Origin: Ignavibacteriota bacterium
GTDB taxonomy: Bacteria > Bacteroidota > Ignavibacteria > Palsa-1295
Assembly: GCA_963787835.1 (NCBI GenBank)
Contig: CAWBEI010000002.1
Span: forward strand, 800,001 to 864,000
Length of the DNA stretch: 64,000 nt
Direction: 5' to 3'
Position 1 is the stretch's first letter. Every line of letters begins with the position of its first letter. Under the pieces are notes generated by a model, which was not told the DNA's origin, did not search any database, and saw only the letters and a list, made by a program, of their open reading frames with translations. The position numbers were made by a program, and so were the translations under genes. Of this stretch, positions 1 to 8,313 are shown piece by piece.

Positions 1-209
1 AAAAAATGGAGACCAAACACAGAGATCGATTGCCGCGAGCCCATCGTAAGCTCGTAGATCGTGCCGATGATGATCAGCAACACACTGATCGCGGCGGCAG
101 CAAGCACCCACCGATAGATCGTATCGGCGTAACTTTTTTTGCTGGGCTTAAGCTCGACCTTCTTAAACGAAGGGATCACTTCGATGATCGCGGTTTCAAC
201 AGATGGCAT
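1..209 (-). CDS. pstC: Phosphate ABC transporter permease PstC, N-terminal part (runs off window start)
   Basis: Manual minus-strand translation from ATG at 209 gives MPSVETAIIEV...YADTIYRWVLAAAAISVLLIIIGTIYELTMGSRQSISVFGLHF, a PstC-like first TM helix. It lies directly downstream of pstS. Confidence 0.75.
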   Translation of the reverse strand, partial: MPSVETAIIEVIPSFKKVELKPSKKSYADTIYRWVLAAAAISVLLIIIGTIYELTMGSRQSISVFGLHF

Positions 210-259
210 AATTGGTGAGCCAGTAAAGCAAAAAAACGGGGAGTCTGTTTCTGATGAGA

Positions 260-278
260 GGTTATGAAATCGTTAAAT
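260..278 (-). promoter_or_regulatory. Putative Pho-box-like tandem repeat upstream of pstC
   Basis: GGTTATGA and CGTTAAAT at 11-bp spacing, resembling the site upstream of pstS. Confidence 0.3.
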
Positions 279-309
279 CATGAAAAGAGTCCCCTGTTAA
301 GAGGGGTAG

Positions 310-367
310 CACCGAGTAAGGAACGAAGGTCTTTCCCCGTTCCGTACTCGATACTAAATACTCGGTA
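310..367. repeat. Heptamer-repeat hairpin element between pstS and pstC
   Basis: ACCGAGTA...TACTCGGT inverted arms with GTACTCG/ATACTAA/ATACTCG units; related to 6017-6096. Confidence 0.5.
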
Positions 368-368
368 C

Positions 369-1376
369 TCACTGGATCGAATCGATCAGCTTCATTTCCC
401 GTGAGACGACGTCATTGGGCACGGCAGCATACCACAACGGGGCTGTGTCGGTCTGGCTTTTGGTGAGCACGTACTTCAGGAATTTCTTTAATTCTGCAGG
501 TTTCTGGCTTTTCTGATAGACAATGAGCCAGCTAAACCCGGAGATCGGATACCCTTTTGGGGCATTGGTGATCATGGCGCAAAGATCGGAAGGCATTTGA
601 GTGGAATTGGCAGCTTCCATGGCCGTTTCCGCGCTCGGGTAGCTGTACTTACCGCTCCCGTTGTCGATCGCGGCATAAGGGAGCTTGTTCTCCTGAGCGT
701 ACGCGAACTCGACATAACCGATGGAGTTGTCTTTCCCCATTAACACTCCTGCGACGCCCGCACTGCCTTTACCACCGATTCCGCCTGGCCAGTTGACCGT
801 CTTGCCGGCGCCAACCTGCGATTTCCAATCGGCGCTCACTTTGGAAAGATAATCCGTAAAGATCGCCGTGGTGCCCGAGCCATCCGAACGATGAACGATC
901 GTGATCACCTCGTGCGGAAGCTTTTTGCCGGGGTTACGAGCAACAATGCGTGGATCGTCCCAATACTTGATCTTGCCTAAGAAGATGTCCGCAAGTTCCG
1001 GTCCGCCGAAGCCAAGACCGGTCCCAATACCATTCACATTATAGGCAATGGCAACAGCGCCAATAACCGCCGGAAGATGAATGACCGGGCCTTTAGCGCG
1101 GCCGATCTCATCCTTGTTCATGGGGGCATCGGAGCCGGCAAAGTCGATCGTGCCATCGATCAAATTATTGATACCAGCACCCGAACCAACGGATTGATAG
1201 TTGATGCTCGTGCCCGTCGAGTTCTTGTAATCGTAGGCCCATTTGCTCATAATGGGGGTGATAAACGTCGAGCCTGCGCCGGTGAGATCTTGTGCCTGGG
1301 CACCGGAAACCATAGATGCCAATGATGCAATGACAACCAGTGCGAACGCCGTAGGAATGCGAAAGGTCTGTTTCAT
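369..1376 (-). CDS. pstS: Phosphate ABC transporter substrate-binding protein PstS
   Basis: Signal peptide, GAGSTF, YQSVGSGAG, DFAGSD, HRSDGSGTT, GYVEFAYA, YPISGFSW motifs. Confidence 0.97.
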   Translation of the reverse strand: MKQTFRIPTAFALVVIASLASMVSGAQAQDLTGAGSTFITPIMSKWAYDYKNSTGTSINYQSVGSGAGINNLIDGTIDFAGSDAPMNKDEIGRAKGPVIHLPAVIGAVAIAYNVNGIGTGLGFGGPELADIFLGKIKYWDDPRIVARNPGKKLPHEVITIVHRSDGSGTTAIFTDYLSKVSADWKSQVGAGKTVNWPGGIGGKGSAGVAGVLMGKDNSIGYVEFAYAQENKLPYAAIDNGSGKYSYPSAETAMEAANSTQMPSDLCAMITNAPKGYPISGFSWLIVYQKSQKPAELKKFLKYVLTKSQTDTAPLWYAAVPNDVVSREMKLIDSIQ

Positions 1377-1477
1377 GGGAATTAAGAAATATTCGGTGAA
1401 TGCAACTCGGGGGAATAAATCCGTCGTTTAATTGTTCGCACTAAAGGTAAAATGGGGCGTGGAGGTTCTTATTTCCT

Positions 1478-1496
1478 GGTTAACAATTTGTTAATA
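1478..1496 (-). promoter_or_regulatory. Putative Pho box upstream of pstS
   Basis: GGTTAACA/TGTTAATA direct repeat at 11-bp spacing (TTAAC on the coding strand), about 100 bp upstream of pstS. Confidence 0.45.
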
Positions 1497-1658
1497 GATT
1501 GCTTCGAAATTGTTTCTTCCTCAATCCAGTGATTTTCAATACAACCCTTGATTTTTCAATACAAAAATAATGCCCGCTGACCAACTCTTCTGGGTGACAC
1601 TCGCAACTACTTTCGTGGTTCTTGCGGTTTAGTTATTTAGTATCATACCCTTGCCATT

Positions 1659-2936
1659 ATGAAACACTTTAGAATTGCCTCACTTGCCATACCACTATTG
1701 TTGCTTGGGACTTCCGTATTCTCACAGACGTACCGAGCTACGTACATTACCTCCCTTGTCCTTGTTGGGAATAAAGGGGCCGATATCAAACACTCGACGG
1801 TGCTCCTGATGCCATCCACGTCCACCAACGACACCCTTATACTGCCGAACGCGAATCTGGCCGGTGCACTTGTCAATGATGGCAGCGGAAATCTGAGTTG
1901 GTCTTCCAGCGGCGGCGGCGGAATACTTTCACATATTTCGGAGACGTACTCTACCACAAGCCCTTATTCCGCCATCGCTAGCGGCGAGGAGTTGCAAGCC
2001 TCCGGAACCGCGTCGAATATTGATCTCGTCTTGTCCTCGAAGGGAAATGGTGCTGTGTATGCGAATGCAGCGGATAATACTTCAACTGGCGGCAATCTCC
2101 GGGGCACGAATGCAGTCGATTGGCAAATGAGCCGTACCGCAAACACCCAGGTGGCAAGCGGAAATTACGCCGTTGTCAGCGGTGGCCAGAACAACGCTGC
2201 GGGCGGCATCTATTCGGCGATCCCCGGCGGACAAAATCTCACACTGAGTAATGCCGGCGATTTCGGATTCAATAGCGGCGCCAACGCCATGACGGTCGCC
2301 ACGAGTAATATTTCCACCTTTGCCAATACCGATCTCTGGCTGGCAAACAACGATAACACGGCACGGGCGCTGGTACTGTACGCGCCCAATACTACGACCG
2401 GCGCGTTCCCGAATGGAACGAAATATGTCGGGCTTAAGGCCGGCGCGGTAACATCATCGGTCACCTACACGCTCCCCCTTGCCGATGCAACCGCCTCCGG
2501 CCAAGTGCTCTACTCGAATGGATCGGGAACGCTTAATTGGGGAAGCTATCTTCCGATCGGCGGGGGCACGCTCTCTACCAGTTCGAGTTCCCCCTTACTG
2601 ACGCTCTCCTCGACCGCCGCTGCGCCGGCCACGGTGCTTTCGATGAACGGGGGCATGGTGGTCATGCAAAGCACGGCTTCTACCCCTGCAAGTGGTTCCA
2701 CGATCGCCACGAACGTTGCAGCAGTCGTTGTCGGCGATAACGGCGTAACGAACAGCCCGGCAACGATCACGCTTCCCACAGGAACGGAAGGGCAGATCCT
2801 GTACATCACGACACAGGATCCGGACGGAGTAACGATCACCACGACGGTTAATTCCGTTTCTTTCAATGTCACCATTGCGGATTCCGAGGTCGGTACGTTC
2901 ATGTATCTCGGTGGGCAATGGAGGATTCAGCATTAA
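1659..2936 (+). CDS. Secreted fibre/adhesin-like hypothetical protein
   Basis: Signal peptide, Ser/Thr/Gly-rich, repeated 'DGSGNLSW/NGSGTLNW' motifs, 'GTNAVDWQ..R' and 'VVSGGQNN' beta-repeat motifs. Confidence 0.6.
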   Translation: MKHFRIASLAIPLLLLGTSVFSQTYRATYITSLVLVGNKGADIKHSTVLLMPSTSTNDTLILPNANLAGALVNDGSGNLSWSSSGGGGILSHISETYSTTSPYSAIASGEELQASGTASNIDLVLSSKGNGAVYANAADNTSTGGNLRGTNAVDWQMSRTANTQVASGNYAVVSGGQNNAAGGIYSAIPGGQNLTLSNAGDFGFNSGANAMTVATSNISTFANTDLWLANNDNTARALVLYAPNTTTGAFPNGTKYVGLKAGAVTSSVTYTLPLADATASGQVLYSNGSGTLNWGSYLPIGGGTLSTSSSSPLLTLSSTAAAPATVLSMNGGMVVMQSTASTPASGSTIATNVAAVVVGDNGVTNSPATITLPTGTEGQILYITTQDPDGVTITTTVNSVSFNVTIADSEVGTFMYLGGQWRIQH

Positions 2937-5900
2937 GAGATACGGAACATCGTCCATTGCACACGAGGAAGATCCATCGACTGTTAATGAGCATCGTATT
3001 CGTGAATCGTCCCGTTCGGATGTTCGTCCTCATCGTGGGAACCGGACTTGCCATGATCGCTTCTTGCTGGTTCCCACAGATCGCCACGGCACAGGTTACC
3101 ACGACCCGATCTCCGCAGGATCTTCATATCGGATCGAGAACGATGGTGCATGGACATGTCTCGATAAAGTATATGGTGCTCGTGGGTGCCAACCCCCCTC
3201 CATCGGTGGGAGCAAAGCCCCAGAACCGAGCGCCATCGGAGCAAAAGTTAGAATCGGGCTTGCTGGAGATCGTCAATCAGATCGAGATAGACAGTAGTTT
3301 TGCAAAGAATGCGTTAAGACAAGAGCCGCCTGGTCTTAGTGACACCGCACGGCCACTACACCGCCTCGTGCGTGCAGACGATCAGGACCGCGTTTTCATC
3401 GATGTGATGCCCGCACTCGGTTTTACGAACTCTGATGTGGATATCGCCGCGCGTGCGGTCGGTGGCATCGTGGATCTGGTGGATGAAAAGGCTCCCGCGC
3501 TGTTGCGAGCATCTCCGACCCTGGAGGCATGGATTCCCGTACTAAAGTTGAAAGCGTTTGCTGCGCGACCGGAAGTCAGAGGCATTCGGCGTGTCCTCGA
3601 TGCCGAAACGAATACCGGTTCGGTAACGTCACTCGGCGTCTCAAGGCTTCGCGCCGACGTCGCACAGCGAGTCCTGAGTGCTACGGGTTCGGGCATCAAA
3701 GTCGGAGTCATGTCCGACGATTGCAGCAGCGGCCCCAGCGGCCACTTAAAAACCAGCATCAGTACCGGAGACATCGATTCGAATTTCGTTTCCCTTAGCG
3801 ACCCTGACTCATTGAGCGGTGAACATGAAGGCCTTGCTATGTCAGAGATCGTTCAGGATGTAGCGCCAAAAGCGCAGATCTATTTCGCAACGGCCGAAGG
3901 TGGAGATAACCAGTTCGGACTCAACATGTACGCGCTTGCAAACGCAGGCTGCAAGGTCATTTGCGATGATTATCAATATTACGATGAACCGGTCTTTCAA
4001 GATGGCACGCTCGCGGAAATTGTGAATGATCTATCCGCGAACTACGGAGTCGTCTATATCTCCTCGGCTGGAAATCAAGCACAATCGAGCAACTATCAAA
4101 CGTATAAGAATATGTCTGGCACTGGCCTGATGGCCGGAAGGAATGTGTTCGATTTTACCGGTTCAGGCTCGGAATATCTGCCGGACACTCTTCAGTCTGG
4201 AAACCTGGTTACGATCGAGTTGCAATGGGATGATCCGTGGGGTGCCTCCTCGAATGATTACAATCTGTATCTTATTAATCCGGGCGAGACTGCGATTGTT
4301 GACTCAAGCACTTCCGTGCAGAACAGCGGTTATCCATATCCCTATGAAATTTTCCAATACCTTGTTCCAAGCACTGGAATTTATAATATCGCCATTGAAC
4401 AAAGAACGATCTCCAGCACCGATTCCAATGCCACCGCCCGAACCAAGCTTACCGGGTTTCCCAACGGAGGGATCATCAATTTTGGAAGCGTGACGAGCAG
4501 CACGTTCGGACACTCCTGCGCCGATAGCTGCCTCGGTGCCGGCGCCATCAGCACCACCGGATCGAATTACAATACCATCGAGAAGTTTAGCGGCCAAGGC
4601 CCTTCTTATAACATCACATTCGGCACCAACACGCGTACGATCAATGAAACACGTCTGAAACCGGATCTTGCGGCCTTCGATAACGTTCAGACCACCGTTC
4701 CCGGATTCTCGTCGTTCTCCGGAACCAGCGCATCCAGCCCGCACATCGCTGGAACCGTCGCGCTGCTGCTCGGTGCAAATCCTGGGATGACTGCTACGCA
4801 AGCCCGTGCCGCTATGCGTGCCGGAACCATCGACGAAGGCGCGGCTGGCAATGATTACGTGTTCGGATATGGCCGGCTTGACGCCTTTAAGACCATCACG
4901 CAAGCGCTTTCCGGGTCGGGCAAGAGTTATGCCTTGTTCAAAACCGTAAATACGGCTATCCCCGATGGAACAAGCAGCCTGAGCTCGATCATCAGCCCAA
5001 CCCTTACCTCTAACGCGGATTCCGTCTATCTTAGCTTCACGATCGATTCGCATCCGAAGTGGGGAGACCTTACGGTCAAGCTCACCTCTCCGGATGCCAC
5101 AACCGTCACTGTGCTGACCCGTCCTGCGAACGGCACGGGAGGTTCCACAGGGGAACATCCCAATGTGGTACTCGGGGATAACGCATCAACCGCACTCGAA
5201 TCCTACTCACCAGGAGCGACCGAAGTCATTGGGTTTTACTATCCGCAGAACGATATTTCTACCTCTTCGGGATTTCACAACCGGGGGATCTCCGGCAACT
5301 GGACGCTCAATGTCGCCGACGCGGTTGTTGGGAACTCCGGTACGCTGAAAGACTGGGGCATCTATTGGAAAGTATTACCCAATGCGAACGAAAACCTCAC
5401 GCTTTCAGGAACTGCACCCTATCTCTGGTCGAGCGATAACAGCATGAAAACAGTGACAGTCTCTCAAACAGTCAACAACGGAGCTATTCCTGTCATTAAG
5501 CTGGATACAATCACCGCAAATGAAGCGGTGGCCAACGGAGACATCGTCGCGACCACCGGAACGAATACTACCTCCCTACAATTGCGCGCCAAGTGTGATG
5601 CAAACAGCGGCCGGGTTTATTCCGCAAGTTATGAACTGACCGATATCGGCGGCTACGATTCCATCTTTAAGCTAAGCATCCCTGTGCTGAACAAGATCGG
5701 TCATGCCTCCGGATCCCCGGTCACGAGCAGTGGGGGAACCTCGCTCGGATTGCCGAGCGTCAATCCTTTAGTGTCTGGAACCACTACTTTCACCTATACC
5801 CTTTCGACTGCCGAAAATATCGATCTAAGTATTTTCGATCTTCGTGGTAAATGGCAAATAAGCGTGGATAACGGCGCGAAAACCTCCGGCGTCCATAACA

Positions 5901-6013
5901 TTACCTGGAACGGCGACGGAGCAAATGGAACGTTGCTCTCGGATGGCACCTACATCTATCAGCTTTCCGCCGGTGGCTCATTCTTTGACGGGACGATTAC
6001 GCTGAACCATTAG
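2918..6013 (+). CDS. Secreted S8/S53-like serine peptidase with proprotein-convertase P-domain and C-terminal FlgD-Ig/T9SS-like domain (true start probably downstream)
   Basis: GIKVGVMSDD, SSAGN oxyanion motif, KPDLAA, FSGTSASSPH nucleophile motif, GYGRLDA; P-domain 'GDLTVKLTSPD...GNWTLNVAD...GTLKDW'; C-terminal 'WNGDGANG..LSDGTYIY'. Confidence 0.9.
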   Translation: MEDSALRDTEHRPLHTRKIHRLLMSIVFVNRPVRMFVLIVGTGLAMIASCWFPQIATAQVTTTRSPQDLHIGSRTMVHGHVSIKYMVLVGANPPPSVGAKPQNRAPSEQKLESGLLEIVNQIEIDSSFAKNALRQEPPGLSDTARPLHRLVRADDQDRVFIDVMPALGFTNSDVDIAARAVGGIVDLVDEKAPALLRASPTLEAWIPVLKLKAFAARPEVRGIRRVLDAETNTGSVTSLGVSRLRADVAQRVLSATGSGIKVGVMSDDCSSGPSGHLKTSISTGDIDSNFVSLSDPDSLSGEHEGLAMSEIVQDVAPKAQIYFATAEGGDNQFGLNMYALANAGCKVICDDYQYYDEPVFQDGTLAEIVNDLSANYGVVYISSAGNQAQSSNYQTYKNMSGTGLMAGRNVFDFTGSGSEYLPDTLQSGNLVTIELQWDDPWGASSNDYNLYLINPGETAIVDSSTSVQNSGYPYPYEIFQYLVPSTGIYNIAIEQRTISSTDSNATARTKLTGFPNGGIINFGSVTSSTFGHSCADSCLGAGAISTTGSNYNTIEKFSGQGPSYNITFGTNTRTINETRLKPDLAAFDNVQTTVPGFSSFSGTSASSPHIAGTVALLLGANPGMTATQARAAMRAGTIDEGAAGNDYVFGYGRLDAFKTITQALSGSGKSYALFKTVNTAIPDGTSSLSSIISPTLTSNADSVYLSFTIDSHPKWGDLTVKLTSPDATTVTVLTRPANGTGGSTGEHPNVVLGDNASTALESYSPGATEVIGFYYPQNDISTSSGFHNRGISGNWTLNVADAVVGNSGTLKDWGIYWKVLPNANENLTLSGTAPYLWSSDNSMKTVTVSQTVNNGAIPVIKLDTITANEAVANGDIVATTGTNTTSLQLRAKCDANSGRVYSASYELTDIGGYDSIFKLSIPVLNKIGHASGSPVTSSGGTSLGLPSVNPLVSGTTTFTYTLSTAENIDLSIFDLRGKWQISVDNGAKTSGVHNITWNGDGANGTLLSDGTYIYQLSAGGSFFDGTITLNH

Positions 6014-6016
6014 GGT

Positions 6017-6096
6017 ACAGAGTGTGTGAGTACCGAGTACCGCGGATAAGGAATTTCTCCTCATACTCGGCACTCGGTACACACACACTCTGTACT
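6017..6096. repeat. Inverted heptamer-repeat hairpin
   Basis: GTACAGAGTGTGTGAGTACCGAGTACC ... ACTCGGCACTCGGTACACACACTCTGTAC inverted arms. Confidence 0.65.
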
Positions 6097-6162
6097 TCCC
6101 CATCATTCTTCGGAAATCTCATACTCCTATCTGCTGTTGAGGCCTTACCAATAATCCCCCTC

Positions 6163-8313
6163 ATGCCAAAACGAACAGCAGAAAAATCTGAATCAGCGAC
6201 TAAAGCCAACCATGGCAGTTCTGTCATGTCCATGATCTCCAATATAGCGCCAGGAAATGGCGCCTCCCGCACGCAACCGAAAGATTTCTGGCTTCGCATA
6301 GCACGTACCGTCCTCACCTCCCGCGTGCTCGACCGCATTGAAGAGCAGGAAATGGCACCGAAGGGGCTCGTCACCTACCAATTTTCGGCCCGAGGTCACG
6401 ATCTGGCCCAGGCAATTTTAAGCGAGTGCATTACCAATCCACGAGATGGAGCCACCTGCTATTATCGCTCACGCCCGTTCGTACTCGGGCAGGGGTTGAC
6501 TGCCGAAGAATCATTTCGAGCCTCCCTTGCGCGAGCTGGCGGAATGACGGATGGTCGTGACATCGGTGTAGTTCACCTTCTTCCGCGCCGCGAACGTGGC
6601 ACGGTGCTGCCAGCCTCCGGTGATGTCGGTGCGCAGTATTCCCCAGGTGCAGGATGGGCACAATCACTGAAATATTATGCTGAGACTTTGAACGATGAGA
6701 GTTATCAAGGCGCTATTGCCGTCGCGCTTGGCGGCGATGCTTCCACGGCAACGAACGGCTTTTGGGCGGCATTGAATATCGCAACCACGCTTCAGCTTCC
6801 GATGCTCTTCTTTATCGAAGATAACGGCTACGGCATATCCGTCACCAGCAATTTCCAAACGCCGGGAAGGAATATTGCAAAAAACCTTGCGGCCTTCACC
6901 GATCTGCAACTCTTCGAATGCAAAGGCTACGAACCGGAAGATGCAGAGAAGCATATTCGCGCCGCCGTGGAATATGTTCGTGAGTGGCAGGGGCCGGCGC
7001 TCATCCGAGTAGAAGTTCCACGGCTTTCGGGACATTCCTTTACCGATACACAAAGTTATAAATCTCCCGAGCTTCGCGCGCTGGAAGAATCGCATGACCC
7101 GCTTCCTAAGCTGGAAGCGTTACTCAACTCTTCTTTTCTTTCATCGACGGAGTGGACAGCATTGGTGGACGAAGTGGAGCGGGATGTCCGTGCTGCTGCC
7201 GATCGAGCGCTTGCTGCACCGGTTCCCGATACGGGTATTGTTCTGCAACATCTCTTTTCGAACAATGTAGCGCCGGCGTCCTCGCCGGTCCCAGCATGGG
7301 GAACCGGCGAGGACGCCGGCGCTACAAGCACTCCGGTTACAGGCCCGCGCATGAACTTGCAGGATGCCGTTCGTAAGGTACTGGAAGTTGAACTTACTGC
7401 GAATCCCAAGCTGCTTATTTTTGGCGAGGATGTCGGGGCTAAAGGTGGCGTGCATGGGGCAACGGTCGATCTGCAAGTGAAATTTGGCGAAGCACGGGTG
7501 TTCGATACGTCGCTTTCGGAAGAGGGGATCATTGGCCGCTCCGTTGGCATGGCAATGGCGGGACTCCGACCGGTTCCAGAGATTCAGTTCCGGAAATATG
7601 CCGATCCCGCGACCGAGCAGATCAACGATTGCGGTACCATCCGCTGGCGCACACTTTCGAAATTCACTGCGCCGGTTGTCGTGAGAATTCCCGTCGGGTT
7701 TGGGAAAAAGACGGGCGATCCGTGGCACTCTGTTTCCGGCGAAGCTGCGTTCGCGCACACGATCGGCTGGCGTATTGCGTATCCATCGAACACGGAGGAT
7801 GCTGTTGGTTTGCTCCGGAATGCCTTGCGCGGCGAAGACCCGACGTTCTTCTTCGAACATCGCGCACTGCTCGATACCGCACAAGCCCGAACCAATTACC
7901 CCGGCGATGATTTTATCCTTCCCTTTGGTAAGGCGCGCATTCACCGTGAGGGAAATGCGGCGACCATTGTAACATGGGGTTCCATGGTCGATCGCGCAAC
8001 GCAAGCTTCCGAAGGACTCGATATAGAGATTCTCGATCTCCGGACGATCATTCCCTGGGATAAGCAGGCAGTACTGGATTCTGTGAAAAAAACCAACCGC
8101 GTACTGGTGTTGCATGAAGATGGCTGGACGTGCGGACTCGGCGGAGAAATTGCTGCAACGATCTCCCAGAATGCATTTGAGTTCCTGGACGCACCCGTCG
8201 AGCGTATGGCAGTTCCCGATTGCCCTATCCCCTACAACACCACGTTAATGGACTCCGTCGTCCCATCGGCGGCAAGCATTCACCAAAGACTCGAAAAATT
8301 GCTCCGCTATTAA
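6163..8313 (+). CDS. Fused 2-oxoacid (probably branched-chain) dehydrogenase E1 alpha/beta
   Basis: TPP-binding GGDASTATNG...EDNGYGIS, RLSGHS, then beta part FGEDVG..GGV, FDTSLSEEGI, EIQF, FFEHR, DLRTIIPWD. ATG 6163 preferred over the ORF-track start 6022, which lies in a repeat. Confidence 0.92.
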   Translation: MPKRTAEKSESATKANHGSSVMSMISNIAPGNGASRTQPKDFWLRIARTVLTSRVLDRIEEQEMAPKGLVTYQFSARGHDLAQAILSECITNPRDGATCYYRSRPFVLGQGLTAEESFRASLARAGGMTDGRDIGVVHLLPRRERGTVLPASGDVGAQYSPGAGWAQSLKYYAETLNDESYQGAIAVALGGDASTATNGFWAALNIATTLQLPMLFFIEDNGYGISVTSNFQTPGRNIAKNLAAFTDLQLFECKGYEPEDAEKHIRAAVEYVREWQGPALIRVEVPRLSGHSFTDTQSYKSPELRALEESHDPLPKLEALLNSSFLSSTEWTALVDEVERDVRAAADRALAAPVPDTGIVLQHLFSNNVAPASSPVPAWGTGEDAGATSTPVTGPRMNLQDAVRKVLEVELTANPKLLIFGEDVGAKGGVHGATVDLQVKFGEARVFDTSLSEEGIIGRSVGMAMAGLRPVPEIQFRKYADPATEQINDCGTIRWRTLSKFTAPVVVRIPVGFGKKTGDPWHSVSGEAAFAHTIGWRIAYPSNTEDAVGLLRNALRGEDPTFFFEHRALLDTAQARTNYPGDDFILPFGKARIHREGNAATIVTWGSMVDRATQASEGLDIEILDLRTIIPWDKQAVLDSVKKTNRVLVLHEDGWTCGLGGEIAATISQNAFEFLDAPVERMAVPDCPIPYNTTLMDSVVPSAASIHQRLEKLLRY
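7266..7326. repeat. GTAG-capped REP-like palindrome inside the E1 gene
   Basis: Perfect 24-bp inverted arms TGTAGCGCCGGCGTCCTCGCCGGT / ACCGGCGAGGACGCCGGCGCTACA. Confidence 0.85.

Noticed and set aside
6-218. Plus-strand 70-aa ORF
   Set aside because: Shadow of pstC on the minus strand.
6022-6162. N-terminal extension of E1 in the ORF track
   Set aside because: It translates a repeat hairpin and spacer; ATG 6163 is the more plausible start. Similar extensions at 14407, 19259 and 32525 were also trimmed.
7141-8115. Long antisense ORFs (also 4304-5158, 44479-45402, 47617-48663, 50668-51579)
   Set aside because: They lie opposite well-supported genes, have no motifs and are expected in moderately GC-rich coding DNA.
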